Of a stretch of 64,000 nt of DNA, positions 52,487-64,000 are shown in pieces; position 1 is the first letter of the stretch, and each line of letters opens with the position of its first letter. Both the position numbers and the translations under genes were made by a program. The DNA is from Adineta vaga. Lineage: Eukaryota; Animalia; Rotifera. The stretch covers positions 3,472,001 to 3,536,000 of the forward strand of contig CP075496.1 of assembly GCA_021613535.1 (NCBI GenBank). The letters run 5' to 3'. The notes beneath the pieces are model-generated. The model was not told the DNA's origin. It saw nothing but the letters and a program-made list of their open reading frames with translations, and did not search any database.

Positions 52487-55400
52487 ATGATATCAGTACG
52501 TATTGTACTCACAGATCATTATATAACAACAGTTAATACACAATTCGATGCTGTCTATTCTAAATTACGACATGTGATAAAACAAGTCCCAATCATTCGA
52601 ATATTCGGGCCGAATGAAGAGGGTATTCGATACGAAATCGAAAACTAATATCTTAATAATAAAATAACTATTTGGCTTTTTCAGGAAAGAAAGTTTGTCT
52701 TCATTTGCATGGAGTTTTTCCATATTTACTTGTCAAATCACTCACAGATGAAATGCGTTATGCTGAACAATTGGCACAAAGTTTAGATATGGCTATTAAT
52801 TTATCATATGAAAAAGGAGATACAGAAACCAAGCATGTCCATGATATAAAATTGGTTGACTTATTGTAGAGATAATCTATTGAATAAGTTGAATTATGTG
52901 AGAAAGACATCTACTTTTATTTAGACCAATCTATGGTTATCATGAAAAGATAATTAAATATTGGAAAATTGAATTCTATAATCCAGCTATCATTCGAAAG
53001 TAAGAATGAGACTTGCAACAAATAAATGAAAGCTTGATAGAAGTTCTCCAGTTGTAACTGCATCTATCGATTAATGGAGAGATACTATCTGTTTTAGAGC
53101 AGCTGATCTTCTCTTGGCTGGAGCTGTAATGAATCAAGAATTTCAACCACATGAAGCTCATGTACCATTTAATTTGCAAGTCAGTCTTTATATATTTTAG
53201 GACAATTTCGAATATTTATTTGAAATTTTCATAGTTCTTTATTGATTATAATCTCTATGGGATGAATTTTATTTTATTTAATAATGTTCAACAGCGGCAT
53301 TCTTCTCATATAACGAGTAAACAATTTATCGAATCGAATCGAATGGGATATAATCTTTTCTATCATTTAGCTAATCTTACGACCGCAAATAATCAGAAAA
53401 CAAAGTAAAGCTGAGATTCTCTAAAACAAAATTATTCTTAGTTAATCATTTTGTATTACAGTATATCATCTCTACAACGAATATCATCCTGTGAACTTGA
53501 ATATGATGTACATATTGATGATATTTGCAATGAACCACCTCAAATAGGTAAAGATATTGCCAATCCTGGTTTACAAGCTCTTTGGAATGGTGAACGAAGT
53601 AGACGAACAAAATTAAACATTACCGCCCGTTTAACACCTCCGACATCGCCAGGTAACACATATTGATAGTAAAATTTTTGTTTTCATATCTGTATAAATT
53701 TCATAGAACGTCCACGAACAAATCCATTTGCTGCAGAGATTCGTCATCAAGAGAAACTTAAAGCAAATATTGAAAAACGGTATGAAGAACAGAATATATA
53801 AATTTGAAATTAGATTGATTGTTCATATAGTCCTCCTGACAATATTGAAACACCACAATCTGATTCACTTGTTAATGATAATGATACAACAATTGATTTA
53901 GTACAAATAGAACGTGTCAATTCCATGAGTACATTGTTTTTCTTTATTGATTGTATGGAAAAAAAAACAACGTTCATGTTGTTTAGGTCAACAAGTGGAT
54001 GATGATATTCTTGTTCAAATGATGGTTAATGATGAAATAAGTGATTCACAAGGCATTGAAAATGATAGCATTCTAGCTGATGTTAAACCACCTGATGATG
54101 ACGAAGAACTATTAGACGACGATGTGTAAATCTTTCATTGATTCATTTCTTCAATCTATTTCTTTATTTCACGTAGACAAAACACAACAATCAACAAGTC
54201 CGTTATCATCACTGGTGTGTCTGAATACATTTTCACGAATCATAATTCTTAAGATATTGTTTTAGAAAGTGAATCTGATTCATTAATTGTACCATCTCCA
54301 ACATCGACAGTAACAAATTCTGAAATATCCTCTCAAACAAGTGAACTTGACCGAGAAGAAACAAAGAAGATTTTAGGAGATTTTTTTGAACGAACTCCCA
54401 ATAAAAATGAAGCAATCTCATCAGATTATTGTTGGTTAGAAACAATCACTAAACCACCTGTACGAAAACGAACAATTAATATTCTCAATCAAAAAATATC
54501 GACACAAATTATTTGTCAAGATATCGAAGATGAAACACCATTCGTTAAATTGGTAAATAGAAACAGATGAATCTTAAAATAGTTCATCACATTGATTCAT
54601 TTAGTTCTCCAATATCCCTGAATTTATCTCGAAACATCATCAACGTACAGATATTTCGCGAACTGAAGAAGACAAAGTCGATCTTAATTATGATAAAGGG
54701 TAAAAACAAATATATTGACTAGCAATGATTTTTCTCTATTTGAAAAGTGCTCAATGGTATGGACCATTACAGCCACCACCTCGACCAGATTATTACAAAA
54801 TATCTAACTCAAAGTAAACGTAGCAAACGTTTTTTTTTATTGCATGAAGTAGCTCATTTTATTAGATCATCGAAAAAGGCAAATATCTCTCGAAAAGTTC
54901 GTCCAACTTTTTTTCGTAAAGAATCAACAAAAACATCGGCATTTCTAAGTAAAATCGGTGTCGAATTAAAACCACGTTTAATTTCCAATACAAGTGATTC
55001 ATTTTCTAACAGTACAACTGATTTTCCTTTGAATCAATCAGACAAAAATGATCTAATGCATGAATGTCAATATTTAACTTTGATTTCATTTGAAATCTTT
55101 TGTCATACAAATGAAACATATGCATTTGCTCTTGAGAAAGATGAAATCTGTTCAATATTTTATACAATTGCAAATGAAACACTAGATGGATGGAAAACTC
55201 ATTCTGCTGTTCTTATCTCTACTCATCATTTACGTGTAATAAAACCTGAATTATTACGAAAATCATTTCGTTCATTAGAAAATAAAACAATCGATTTTGT
55301 CAAAACTGAATTGGAATTAATCGAACAATTTTCTCAAATAATTGAACAAACCGATCCCGATCTATTCGTTTGTTATGATATGAAATTATCCTTATATTAT

Positions 55401-57852
55401 TTAATTAAACGAGCAAAATTAAAATATAATTTAGATTTATTAGTTAAATTTAGTCGTATACCTGAACAACATGAAAACATAACACGAAGTCGAACTCATA
55501 TGAGTGCCGATGGATCAGATGTTCCAATGATTGTTGGACGAGTTTTACTTGATCTATGGAAAATTTTAAGAAGTGAAATAACATTGAATATTTATACATT
55601 TGAAAATGCAGTCTATCATGTTTTACATGAACGTGTACCACATTATCAATTGAATCTTCTTTCGAAATGGTTTATTGACGAAGGTAATGCTAAACTCGAA
55701 GAAAAAAAAAAGGTTGACTCTCTATTTGTATTGTTTTAGGAATGAATCCATCGTTTGGTTTGAGAGATTTTGTGACATTTTTGGATTATGGTTGGACACA
55801 TTCAATAGGGAATTTTCGACTGATTAATGAATTAGATTTAATTAATAAAACATCAGAATTTGCAAGAATCTATGGAATTGAATTTTATCATGTAGGTTAT
55901 ATTACTGAATTCGATTATTGATATCTACTTTTTCATGTAGGTTCTTTCTCGTGGTTCACAATATCGTGTGGAATCAATGATGATTCGATTAGCAAAATGC
56001 TTCAATTATGTTACAGTTACTCCAGATAATAGACAACGATTACATATGCGTGCGCCAGAATGTATTCCTTTAACTCTTGAACCTATTTCAACCATCTATT
56101 TTACACCTATTGCCGTATTAGATTTTCAATCCCTTTATCCATCGATAATTATGGCTTATAATATTTGTTATTCAACATGTCTTGGACGTATTGATCAACT
56201 TGATCGACAAGGACCATTTAAATTCGGTTGTACATCATTGACTATACCAAATAAAGTATTAGCTAATCTTAATCTTGATACAGATGTCTTTTGTTCACCA
56301 AATGGTAATGCATTTGTGAAAAAACATATTCGACGAGGACTTTTACCTATCATGTTAGAAGAAATTCTAGCAACACGTGTTATGGTTAAGAATACAATGA
56401 AATTAATTGATAAGAAATCAACACTTTATCGAACATTAGATGCAAGACAATTGTGTTTAAAATTAATTGCTAATGTTACATTTGGATATACATCGGCTAG
56501 TTTTAGTGGACGAATGCCATGTGTTGAAGTAAGTATTTACAATAAAATATATTGTAGTGGCTTTTAATAGCCTTTTGTTTATAGCGAAAAATAAGTCAGG
56601 CAATTTTATAGTTCTAACTTTTTTATCATAGATTGGTGATACTATTGTTCATACTGCTCGTACAGTTCTAGAACGAGCGATTGATTTTATTAAAACTAAT
56701 TCACATTTTGGTGGTCGTGTTGTTTATGGTGATACTGTATGTTTATTCTCATGCTTTTATTTTGAAATTTCCTCACGAATCGATTCATTTTAGGATTCTT
56801 TATTTATTCAATTTCCTCATTCAACTCGTGCTCAAGCGTTTGAACAATCCCATTTACTTGTTAAAGCACTCAATCAATTATATCCTTCACCCATTAAAAT
56901 TAAATTCGAGAAAATCTTTATGCAAAGTGTTCTCGCATCAAAAAAACGTTATGTCGGTATGTCCTATGAAACTGTTGATCAACAACAAGGTAAATTCGAT
57001 GCCAAAGGTATTGAAACAGTACGTCGTGATACTTGCTTAATTGTATCGAAGATTCTTCAACATTCTTTAAAATTACTATTTCAAAGTAAAGATATAACGC
57101 GTGTTCGACGTTATGTACAATCAGAATGTGAAAAAATCTTAACAAATCGTTTGAATTTATCGGATTTTATCTTTGCAAAAGAATATGGTGGAAGAAAAAG
57201 ATATCACCCATCTGCTCCGGTTCCAGCTTTACGTATTGCACTTGAACGAGCAAAAACTAATCCATTAGCTGAACCGAACCAAGGCGAACGTGTACCCTAT
57301 CTTATCGGATTAAATAATGAATTTCCTAATGCAAATCTAATTGATTGTGTATGGACATTAGATAATGTTCTGGAATTGAAATCTTCATTTCAACTTCATT
57401 CAATGTATTATATTAAAAAACAAATTTTACCGGCACTTGATCGTTGTTTAGCATTGATTGGTGTGAATTGTCTCAAATGGATTGATGATTTAGCAATTGA
57501 ATTGAATACAAATGAAAAACAACAAGGACAAATATTAGATGATAACTTTCAAAGATCAAATCTTCGAAAACGTTGTATCATATGTTCACAATTAACAAAT
57601 ACACCTATATGTAATGATTGTCGGGAAGAAGAAGATCTCTCTGAGACGATGATTATTTGTGAAAATAAAGCGAATAAATTAGAAAGACAACATGCTCATT
57701 TACAACGATTATGTTTAACATGTTCAGATCGGATGGATGGATGGTTTCAATGTTCATCCACTGATTGTCCAGTTAAATTTCGTGTTCAAAAAATTACACA
57801 ATCAATGCAAAATGCACAAGAAACAAGAATGTTTATAAATAATGAATGCTAA
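52487..57852 (+). CDS. REV3L: DNA polymerase zeta catalytic subunit, multi-exon
   Basis: MISVRIVLTDHY, VPIIRIFG, CLHLHGVFPYL, PHEAHVPFNLQ|FFIDYNLYGMN, SSCELEYD, NPGLQALW, VLSRGSQYRVESMM, LDFQSLYPSI, LKLIANVTFGYTSASFSGRMPC, YGDT|DS, KKRYVG, FDAKGIETVRRD, and C-terminal CysA/CysB clusters. Confidence 0.96.
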
Positions 57853-58039
57853 ATTTTCCACGTATTTTCTCTCTCTTTCTCTCTCTAATTGTGATATGAT
57901 AACTTTTATTTCAATAAACAAGAATAAACTGTGATCAAATATACGAAAATTGAATAATGGGACAAATCGATTCGTTACGATATTGTTCACACGAGTTTAT
58001 TTTACTATTCTAGGAAGGTAACATGTCTTCTCACATAGT

Positions 58040-59554
58040 TTATATATTCGGAGAGACTGCGTCTTGATCTTCATCATTTATTCTCTCTGCATTAATCACT
58101 GTATCTGTAGTTATTGTAGATAGATTGTCTGATGTTGTAACTTGCGGTACGCGACAGAATACTAATGCTATCAAGACACCCAATCCACTCAGACCAATAC
58201 CAGCATACAATGCATATCGATAACCTTCTAAAGGAGTTTTTCCTCGTTTGAGCATTTCACTTTCAATTGTTCCAGCGATACCCAAACCCAATGATATAGA
58301 CCAGTTTATAGCTGTATTAAGCATACTTGCGGCTACACCTTGTTGATGAATAGGCATTCGATTGCTTATTACTAGAGAGGCAGCTGGAAAACTGATATCC
58401 ATTCCAAATGGTGTTAACGCTGTAGCTATAAATACTTGTATCCAATAGGTTTGATCAGGAGGTGCTGTCGCAATAAGAATATTACCAATGCAAAAGAAGA
58501 TCATCGATGCCATTAAAAGATAATGAGCTGGTACTCGACCATATAGTTGAGAAACAATAACAGTAGCCATAAGACCAAAGATTACCAATGGAGATAACAT
58601 GGCTGTCGTTAGTAAAGGTGACGCATGATGAATATTTTCAAGAAATTGAACAATATAATAGATGAATATACCAAAACTTGACCAACCTAAAGCCATACAT
58701 CCGAGAACACCTGGAAAACCTGCTACAGACCAAATAGATAATGGCATAATTGGTTCTTTTGTTTTCATTTCAATAAAAATAAAAATACCAATGATCAAAA
58801 TACTAGCAATTAATACACCGTAAACATATGGCTTATCCCAACCGACAACAGGTCCTTCATTCCAACAGTAGATAAACAGAACTAGACCGACTGTTCCTAC
58901 AATTGCACCGTATATATCAGTTTTACCAGTTGGATGGACAGCTACTGATAATTCAGTTGGTACAACAACATACGTTAAAATAGCTAAAATATAACAAAAA
59001 ATAGCTAATGCCCAATGTGCCCAAGGCCACCATAATAATTCAGCAAATAAACTTCCAAAAAGAGCACCTAAAATAAATCCAGTTGGAGCTGTTGCACCAA
59101 AAATTGAAAAAACAACGGATTTTCTCACACCGACAGGATATGTTCTCGCGAGTAGAGCTACCGCGTTTGGTAAAAGCATTGTTGGACCTATTCCTTGAAA
59201 TGCTCTCATTACATGAAAATAAATTCCATTATTTATATAGGCTGTCATCGCAGTTAAGAGACTGAAAATCGAAAACATTACATATCCAATTATAACTAAT
59301 AATTTATGTCCAAAAATATCACCTAATCGTCCAGTAACCATAATAAAAACGCCAACAGTTAACGAATATGCTGCTAATGTCCATGGTAATTCAGCATTAT
59401 TTGTAATACCAATATCAGGACCAATTATATGTAATGGAACAAGAACATTTCCTAATGCCGCTTGTGTTAGTAATTGTGCACAAGATAAAGTGCTAACAAA
59501 GAGTATTTCGTGAAAAAGATTACGCAAACAGGAAGGACGTTCATCTAAACTCAT
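58040..59554 (-). CDS. 14-TM MFS transporter, fungal DHA2 ATR1/AMF1-like; intronless HGT candidate
   Basis: 504-aa single ORF with EILFVSTLSCAQLLTQA, WTLAAYSLTVGVFIMVTGRLGDIFGHK, RAFQGIGP, FGATAPTG, FGMDISFPAA and QQGVAAS. Confidence 0.9.
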   Translation of the reverse strand: MSLDERPSCLRNLFHEILFVSTLSCAQLLTQAALGNVLVPLHIIGPDIGITNNAELPWTLAAYSLTVGVFIMVTGRLGDIFGHKLLVIIGYVMFSIFSLLTAMTAYINNGIYFHVMRAFQGIGPTMLLPNAVALLARTYPVGVRKSVVFSIFGATAPTGFILGALFGSLFAELLWWPWAHWALAIFCYILAILTYVVVPTELSVAVHPTGKTDIYGAIVGTVGLVLFIYCWNEGPVVGWDKPYVYGVLIASILIIGIFIFIEMKTKEPIMPLSIWSVAGFPGVLGCMALGWSSFGIFIYYIVQFLENIHHASPLLTTAMLSPLVIFGLMATVIVSQLYGRVPAHYLLMASMIFFCIGNILIATAPPDQTYWIQVFIATALTPFGMDISFPAASLVISNRMPIHQQGVAASMLNTAINWSISLGLGIAGTIESEMLKRGKTPLEGYRYALYAGIGLSGLGVLIALVFCRVPQVTTSDNLSTITTDTVINAERINDEDQDAVSPNI

Positions 59555-59930
59555 GGTATGGTATTCCTTCAGTTATTTATAGAATATATAGCAATGAGAA
59601 AGTGAGAAGGAAAAAAACTGTTATATTTTTGTTCTCTTTCATAGGTGGATGATATTTAAAATTATCTTCTTTGTCATCATCTCAACACAAATTTGATTAC
59701 ACCGTTATCATCTACATGTTATTTTGTTTGTGAAAAATACTCTAACATGCTGACATATTTAAAAATAAGAAATCTTTTCTTTTGGATTTATATATATATA
59801 TATCCTTAAAATATAGTGGAATAAAAATAACAATAAATATATATGAGATAACAAATTGAGATCACCTAATAAAATATCATGGAATAAAAAAGAGAGATTA
59901 TTGCATATTTTTGTTCATAAAATTCTTTTC

Positions 59931-62108
59931 TCATTTGGTTAATTCTTCAACAACTTTTCGTACTTCATCAGCCAATGTATCCGCTTCATTTTGTGTTGTT
60001 GCTTCAGCATAAACACGAACAATATCTTCTGTACCGGATGGTCTTCAATAAGAGCAAAAATGACAGACATATAATTGAAATTGAAATAGTTATATTCTCC
60101 TACCGAACAAATGCACGACCAGATGGATATTTCGAAACAAGTTCATCAATACATTCTTGCAAATGAGCAGGTGCTATACAACGTCGTTCAGCGTCCGTTG
60201 TTTGTATCATTGTTCGATCTCGAACAGCTACTTTCAATTGTCGTTGTGGTAAATCATCATATAAATTTAACCATCCTTCAAGATTCATATGTAAGACAGA
60301 AAGAATTCCTTCTGTTGCTAATAAATCAGCTATTGCATCTCCAACTGTTTCATTAATTATATTAATAAAAGCTCGAATTTGATTAGCAGCTAAACGTTCT
60401 TCCATTGTTCGTCTAAATCATTTCTATTTAAGAAAACAAAGAACAATCATACTCTCATAAACTTACTTTGGATCTTCAATTGCCACTTTTATTTTACTTT
60501 TTAAATCATCACTAAAGACTACCTAAATAAATCTTAACAATAATACCATCATTTCAGAAAAAATCATCTATCTCATACTGTTCCATGTCCATTAGCTTCG
60601 AAATAGATACCCATATCATAATCAAGTGCTTTATGATGTAAATATTTTACACCCGTCGGTACACATGCTACAGGAACTTTCTAAAAACAAAAGTTTTTAT
60701 ATTCTTAGATGAATTATTAAAGATACTTTACCATTTTATTAACAAGGTAATCTGTCGATCGTCCATTGGCATATGCTGTTTGTATGACACCAATTTTTAC
60801 ATCATTAAATAATTTTGCTTCTTGTAATTTCTTTGAAAGAAATGAGGCAAATAAAACTGAAAATCGATCTCCATCAAGTAAACGAAATTGATTCGTTTTA
60901 TCAATAAAAAAGTAAACTAAACGATCAGCATCACCGTCAATTGAACAATATTTTGAATAATTTGTTAATGGAATTCCATCAGGTGCTTTTTGATAAAGTT
61001 TAACATAATCAGCACCACACTAAATCGTATTAATGATTTTTCTGAGGTTTTTTTTCTCCAAATCGATCTTCTTACTTTATCATTCAGACGACCACGTGTT
61101 CCATCATTGAATAATTGAATTTGAATATATTTTGCTAATGTTTGACGCATATATGCGAGTTTCATTGCTCCAATTCCATTGGCAGCATCAATAGCAAGCG
61201 GTTCAAATCGTTGAATATTCGGTGTCATCTAAGAAAATTATAAGGAAAAATAAGGTTCGAGATCGAAAATAGAGATGCTTTTACTTCAATTAAATTTTGA
61301 AAAGCTGTACATAATTTATCAAAATATCCAGCTTCAGTATAATGTCCATAGAGACCATCATCATTATAACAACGAACAGCATAATGAAGTTGTGGTGTTG
61401 TCATCAATTCTATTTTTTTGGAAACAATGAATTCAAAGAAAGGTTATCGAGGCTATACTTTCTTACCAAAATCCATTATTGTTGTATATAATGCTTGGGC
61501 AGCTCGTTTAACAATATTGGCCAACAATGGACTACTTTGTCTAAAAATATATATAATTTTCTATAAATTTATGAAAATGTACTGAAACCAACCGAGTATC
61601 ATAAGCAATAGCAACAATTCCTTCATCATTTGCTTGAATATTCAATTCATTCATTAATGTTTCCAAATATGCCCATAAGATATGAATATCATCACTATAT
61701 CAAATAAATACAATCCATCTTAATTTTATTGATATTCTATAGAAGATTCGTTACTCAAGACTAGATAGTTTATTTGCATAAATTTCCCATGTTTGATCTA
61801 ACATTTCACCAAATGGATCAATTAATTTAACACCATTATCATATTCAGGATTATGTGAAGCAGTAATCATTGCACCAATGCAAGCTATCAATATAAAATG
61901 CATTGTTATAGATTGCTGAGAATTGTATGAACTAACCTCGTTTCACTTTTGATCGAAGTGCAGCTAGAAGTCCAATTCGAATCATAATCCATGGAAGTGT
62001 ATCAGCTCGTGCTCGAAAACCAGCTGTTCCATAACCCATAATAATGCCTTCTGGTTTCGGATATTCCAATAAAAGTGTCATGAGTTTTTCTTTTACAATA
62101 TGTGTCAT
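59931..62108 (-). CDS. PGM3: Phosphoacetylglucosamine mutase, multi-exon
   Basis: [82 protein letters not shown]|[14 protein letters not shown]. Confidence 0.96.
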
Positions 62109-62290
62109 GATGATCAATTCTCTTTTTATTCTTCAACTGATTGCTATGATCTAAAATAAATGTAGAATCATCATCAACATCGAATGATATTTATTTCGAT
62201 AAACTTTAAACTAACAAAACTATATGCCTTTTCGTGTGTATGCAAACTATTACGTGAGGATAAAATCAATTATAGAAAACTAAGATTTAT

Positions 62291-63135
62291 TTATTTGGAG
62301 GCAACTTTGATTTCCATTGAATACTTTAAATTATTATCACCATTCAATCCAGCTTCAATTCGATCTCCTCTTTTAACTGCACCTACACCAGCCGGTGTAC
62401 CAGTTAAAATTAAATCTCCATGTTCAAGAGTAATATATTTGGAAATATAGGCAATTAAATCCGGAACAGAAAAGATCATATCACGTGTATGACCATTTTG
62501 TTTCATCTTTCCATTAACACTCAACCAGATATTGACGGATGATGAAAGACTAATTTTATTTTTATCAATAAAATCTCCACATGGACATGATGTATCGAAA
62601 CCTTTCGCAAGTAACCATGGATGACCTTGCTTTTTCAATTCATCTTGAACTTTACGACTAGTCATATCTATTGCAACACAATATCCACCAACATTCTGTT
62701 CGGCTTGTTCTTTCGTAACATTTTGACATTGCTTATCAATAATAACACCTAATTCAACTTCATAATGAAGTTCATCCCAATCAGATGGAACCTAATTAAC
62801 GAAGAGAAGTTTGTTCTCATCTCTTAAATGAAAAATCTTGATTTTCTTTCGTACTTTAATTTCACTAGGTGGCACAACAAAAGCACTAGGTGGTTTCATA
62901 AAAATCATTGGTTTAGTTGGTATAGCCTGAAGAAAAGATGTTTTAGATATTGACGAAAAAATTAAAGTGAAAATCTTTTATTACATTGCCCAATTCATTA
63001 GCATGTTCACTGAAAAATGTTAGAATTTAATCTTTAAAGTAATCAAAAGTATTTATTCTACCTGTAATTTCGTCCAATACAAATAATTTTCTTACAAATT
63101 GATCGAAAGTTTTTCAATGTACCCGCCGCTGCCAT
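62291..63135 (-). CDS. FAHD1: Fumarylacetoacetate hydrolase domain protein 1 (acylpyruvase / oxaloacetate decarboxylase), 4 exons
   Basis: KIICIGRNY|SEHANELGN, PMIFMKP, LHYEVELGVII, AIDMTSR, PWLLAKGFDTSCP, GDLILTGTPAGVG. Confidence 0.95.
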
Positions 63136-63335
63136 TTACGAAAAGCTTATCTTTGTTTCGTTTCGTTTGCTCTATAGTCAATAGATCTGAAATTTGAATC
63201 TGAATTATCGTCGTGTCTGTCTGTTCTATACCATAATTTTGATTGATGCATACAATCGATCAATTGGAGTGAAGATAGATGTCTTTCTTTTTCATCTGTT
63301 TACTCGTCAATCAATTCTTTTGATTAGTAGTCAAC

Positions 63336-64000
63336 ATGGAATCAACTATTTCAGAAGTAATTCTTTTGCAAATGAATTTTCTTCTAGAAATATGATTGAA
63401 TTTTTAGAATCAAGTACGAGAAAATTTAGTACTTTCAGTATGGCCTAACTCAAAGCATTTGTTGACAATTGATCCAACTTGTTTAGCTACTTCCGTATGA
63501 AAAAGAATTTCGTCTATTTATATATTTATTTCTTTGGATTGATAGTTATGGCTTCGAACTCAAGGATATTCTTATTCAATTATCAGTGCCAATCGACAAT
63601 TAGCAATGATCTTTGGTAAGATTAAAAAATATTCTATTTTCAAAAAAAAAAGAATTATTTATTTGATTATTCTCGAAAAAGGAACTTATCCAACATTACA
63701 TGATGTTGTAAATAAGAAACATTATGTTGGTTTTGATTCAATATATCAATACAGTCGAACATCGGATGTCAGTATTGATTGTTAATTTATTAAATCTAAA
63801 CAAAATCTTGTTTTTCTTTTCTAGCCAACAGCTGATGAACTTGCTTTATTAGCGACATTTAAACGACTATTTGTTCCAGCATTTGTATGTATTCTTTTGA
63901 TATCTTTCATTTAGTATCGTATTGTTCATTATAGATGCATTCACAATGGATTGATGAAACGAATAAATCATCAGTTCATACTTTATATCATTATACGATT
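63336..64000 (+). CDS. Metaxin-1/3-like mitochondrial outer-membrane protein, 5' part (runs off the window)
   Basis: Spliced by eye: MESTISE|NQVRENLVLSVWPNSKHLLTIDPTCLATS|LWLR...|YPTL...|PTADELALLATFKRLFVPAF|MHSQWIDETN. This resembles the metaxin motifs LPSxDxxCLA and ADTLAF...LLP...WID. Confidence 0.65.

Noticed and set aside
1-64000. CRISPR arrays, rRNA, tRNA, intact transposases or reverse transcriptases
   Set aside because: None seen. The sequence is eukaryotic, with no repeat-spacer periodicity and no recognisable motifs for these features.

Overview
AT-rich, intron-dense eukaryotic (animal) genomic DNA with ~45-65 nt GT-AG introns. The style, plus foreign-looking genes among metazoan housekeeping genes, fits a bdelloid rotifer (inference, not proven). 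I assembled 16 protein-coding genes by eye. In order: BDP1 (-), PIGV (+), PPP4R4-like (+), an SLC4 bicarbonate transporter (+), an NPY/PrRP/sNPF-type GPCR (+), a 120-aa orphan (+), a 20-kb LAR-type receptor tyrosine phosphatase (-) with a nested antisense NUDT9-like gene (+), a secreted DUF3293/phage-like protein (-), a B-type cyclin (-), RPL41 (+), REV3L (+), an intronless fungal-type MFS transporter (-), PGM3 (-), FAHD1 (-) and the 5' part of a metaxin (+). Four observations stand out. (1) The LAR locus appears to have three or four independent signal-peptide start exons and phase-1 FN3 cassettes that can all join one constant TM-PTP region. (2) Three tightly packed tandem gene pairs have a 3' splice-acceptor-like site just before the downstream ATG, resembling trans-spliced operons. 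(3) The nested NUDT9-like protein lacks its Nudix box. (4) Two genes are horizontal-transfer candidates. Exon boundaries were read manually and family calls come from recalled motifs; no database search was run.
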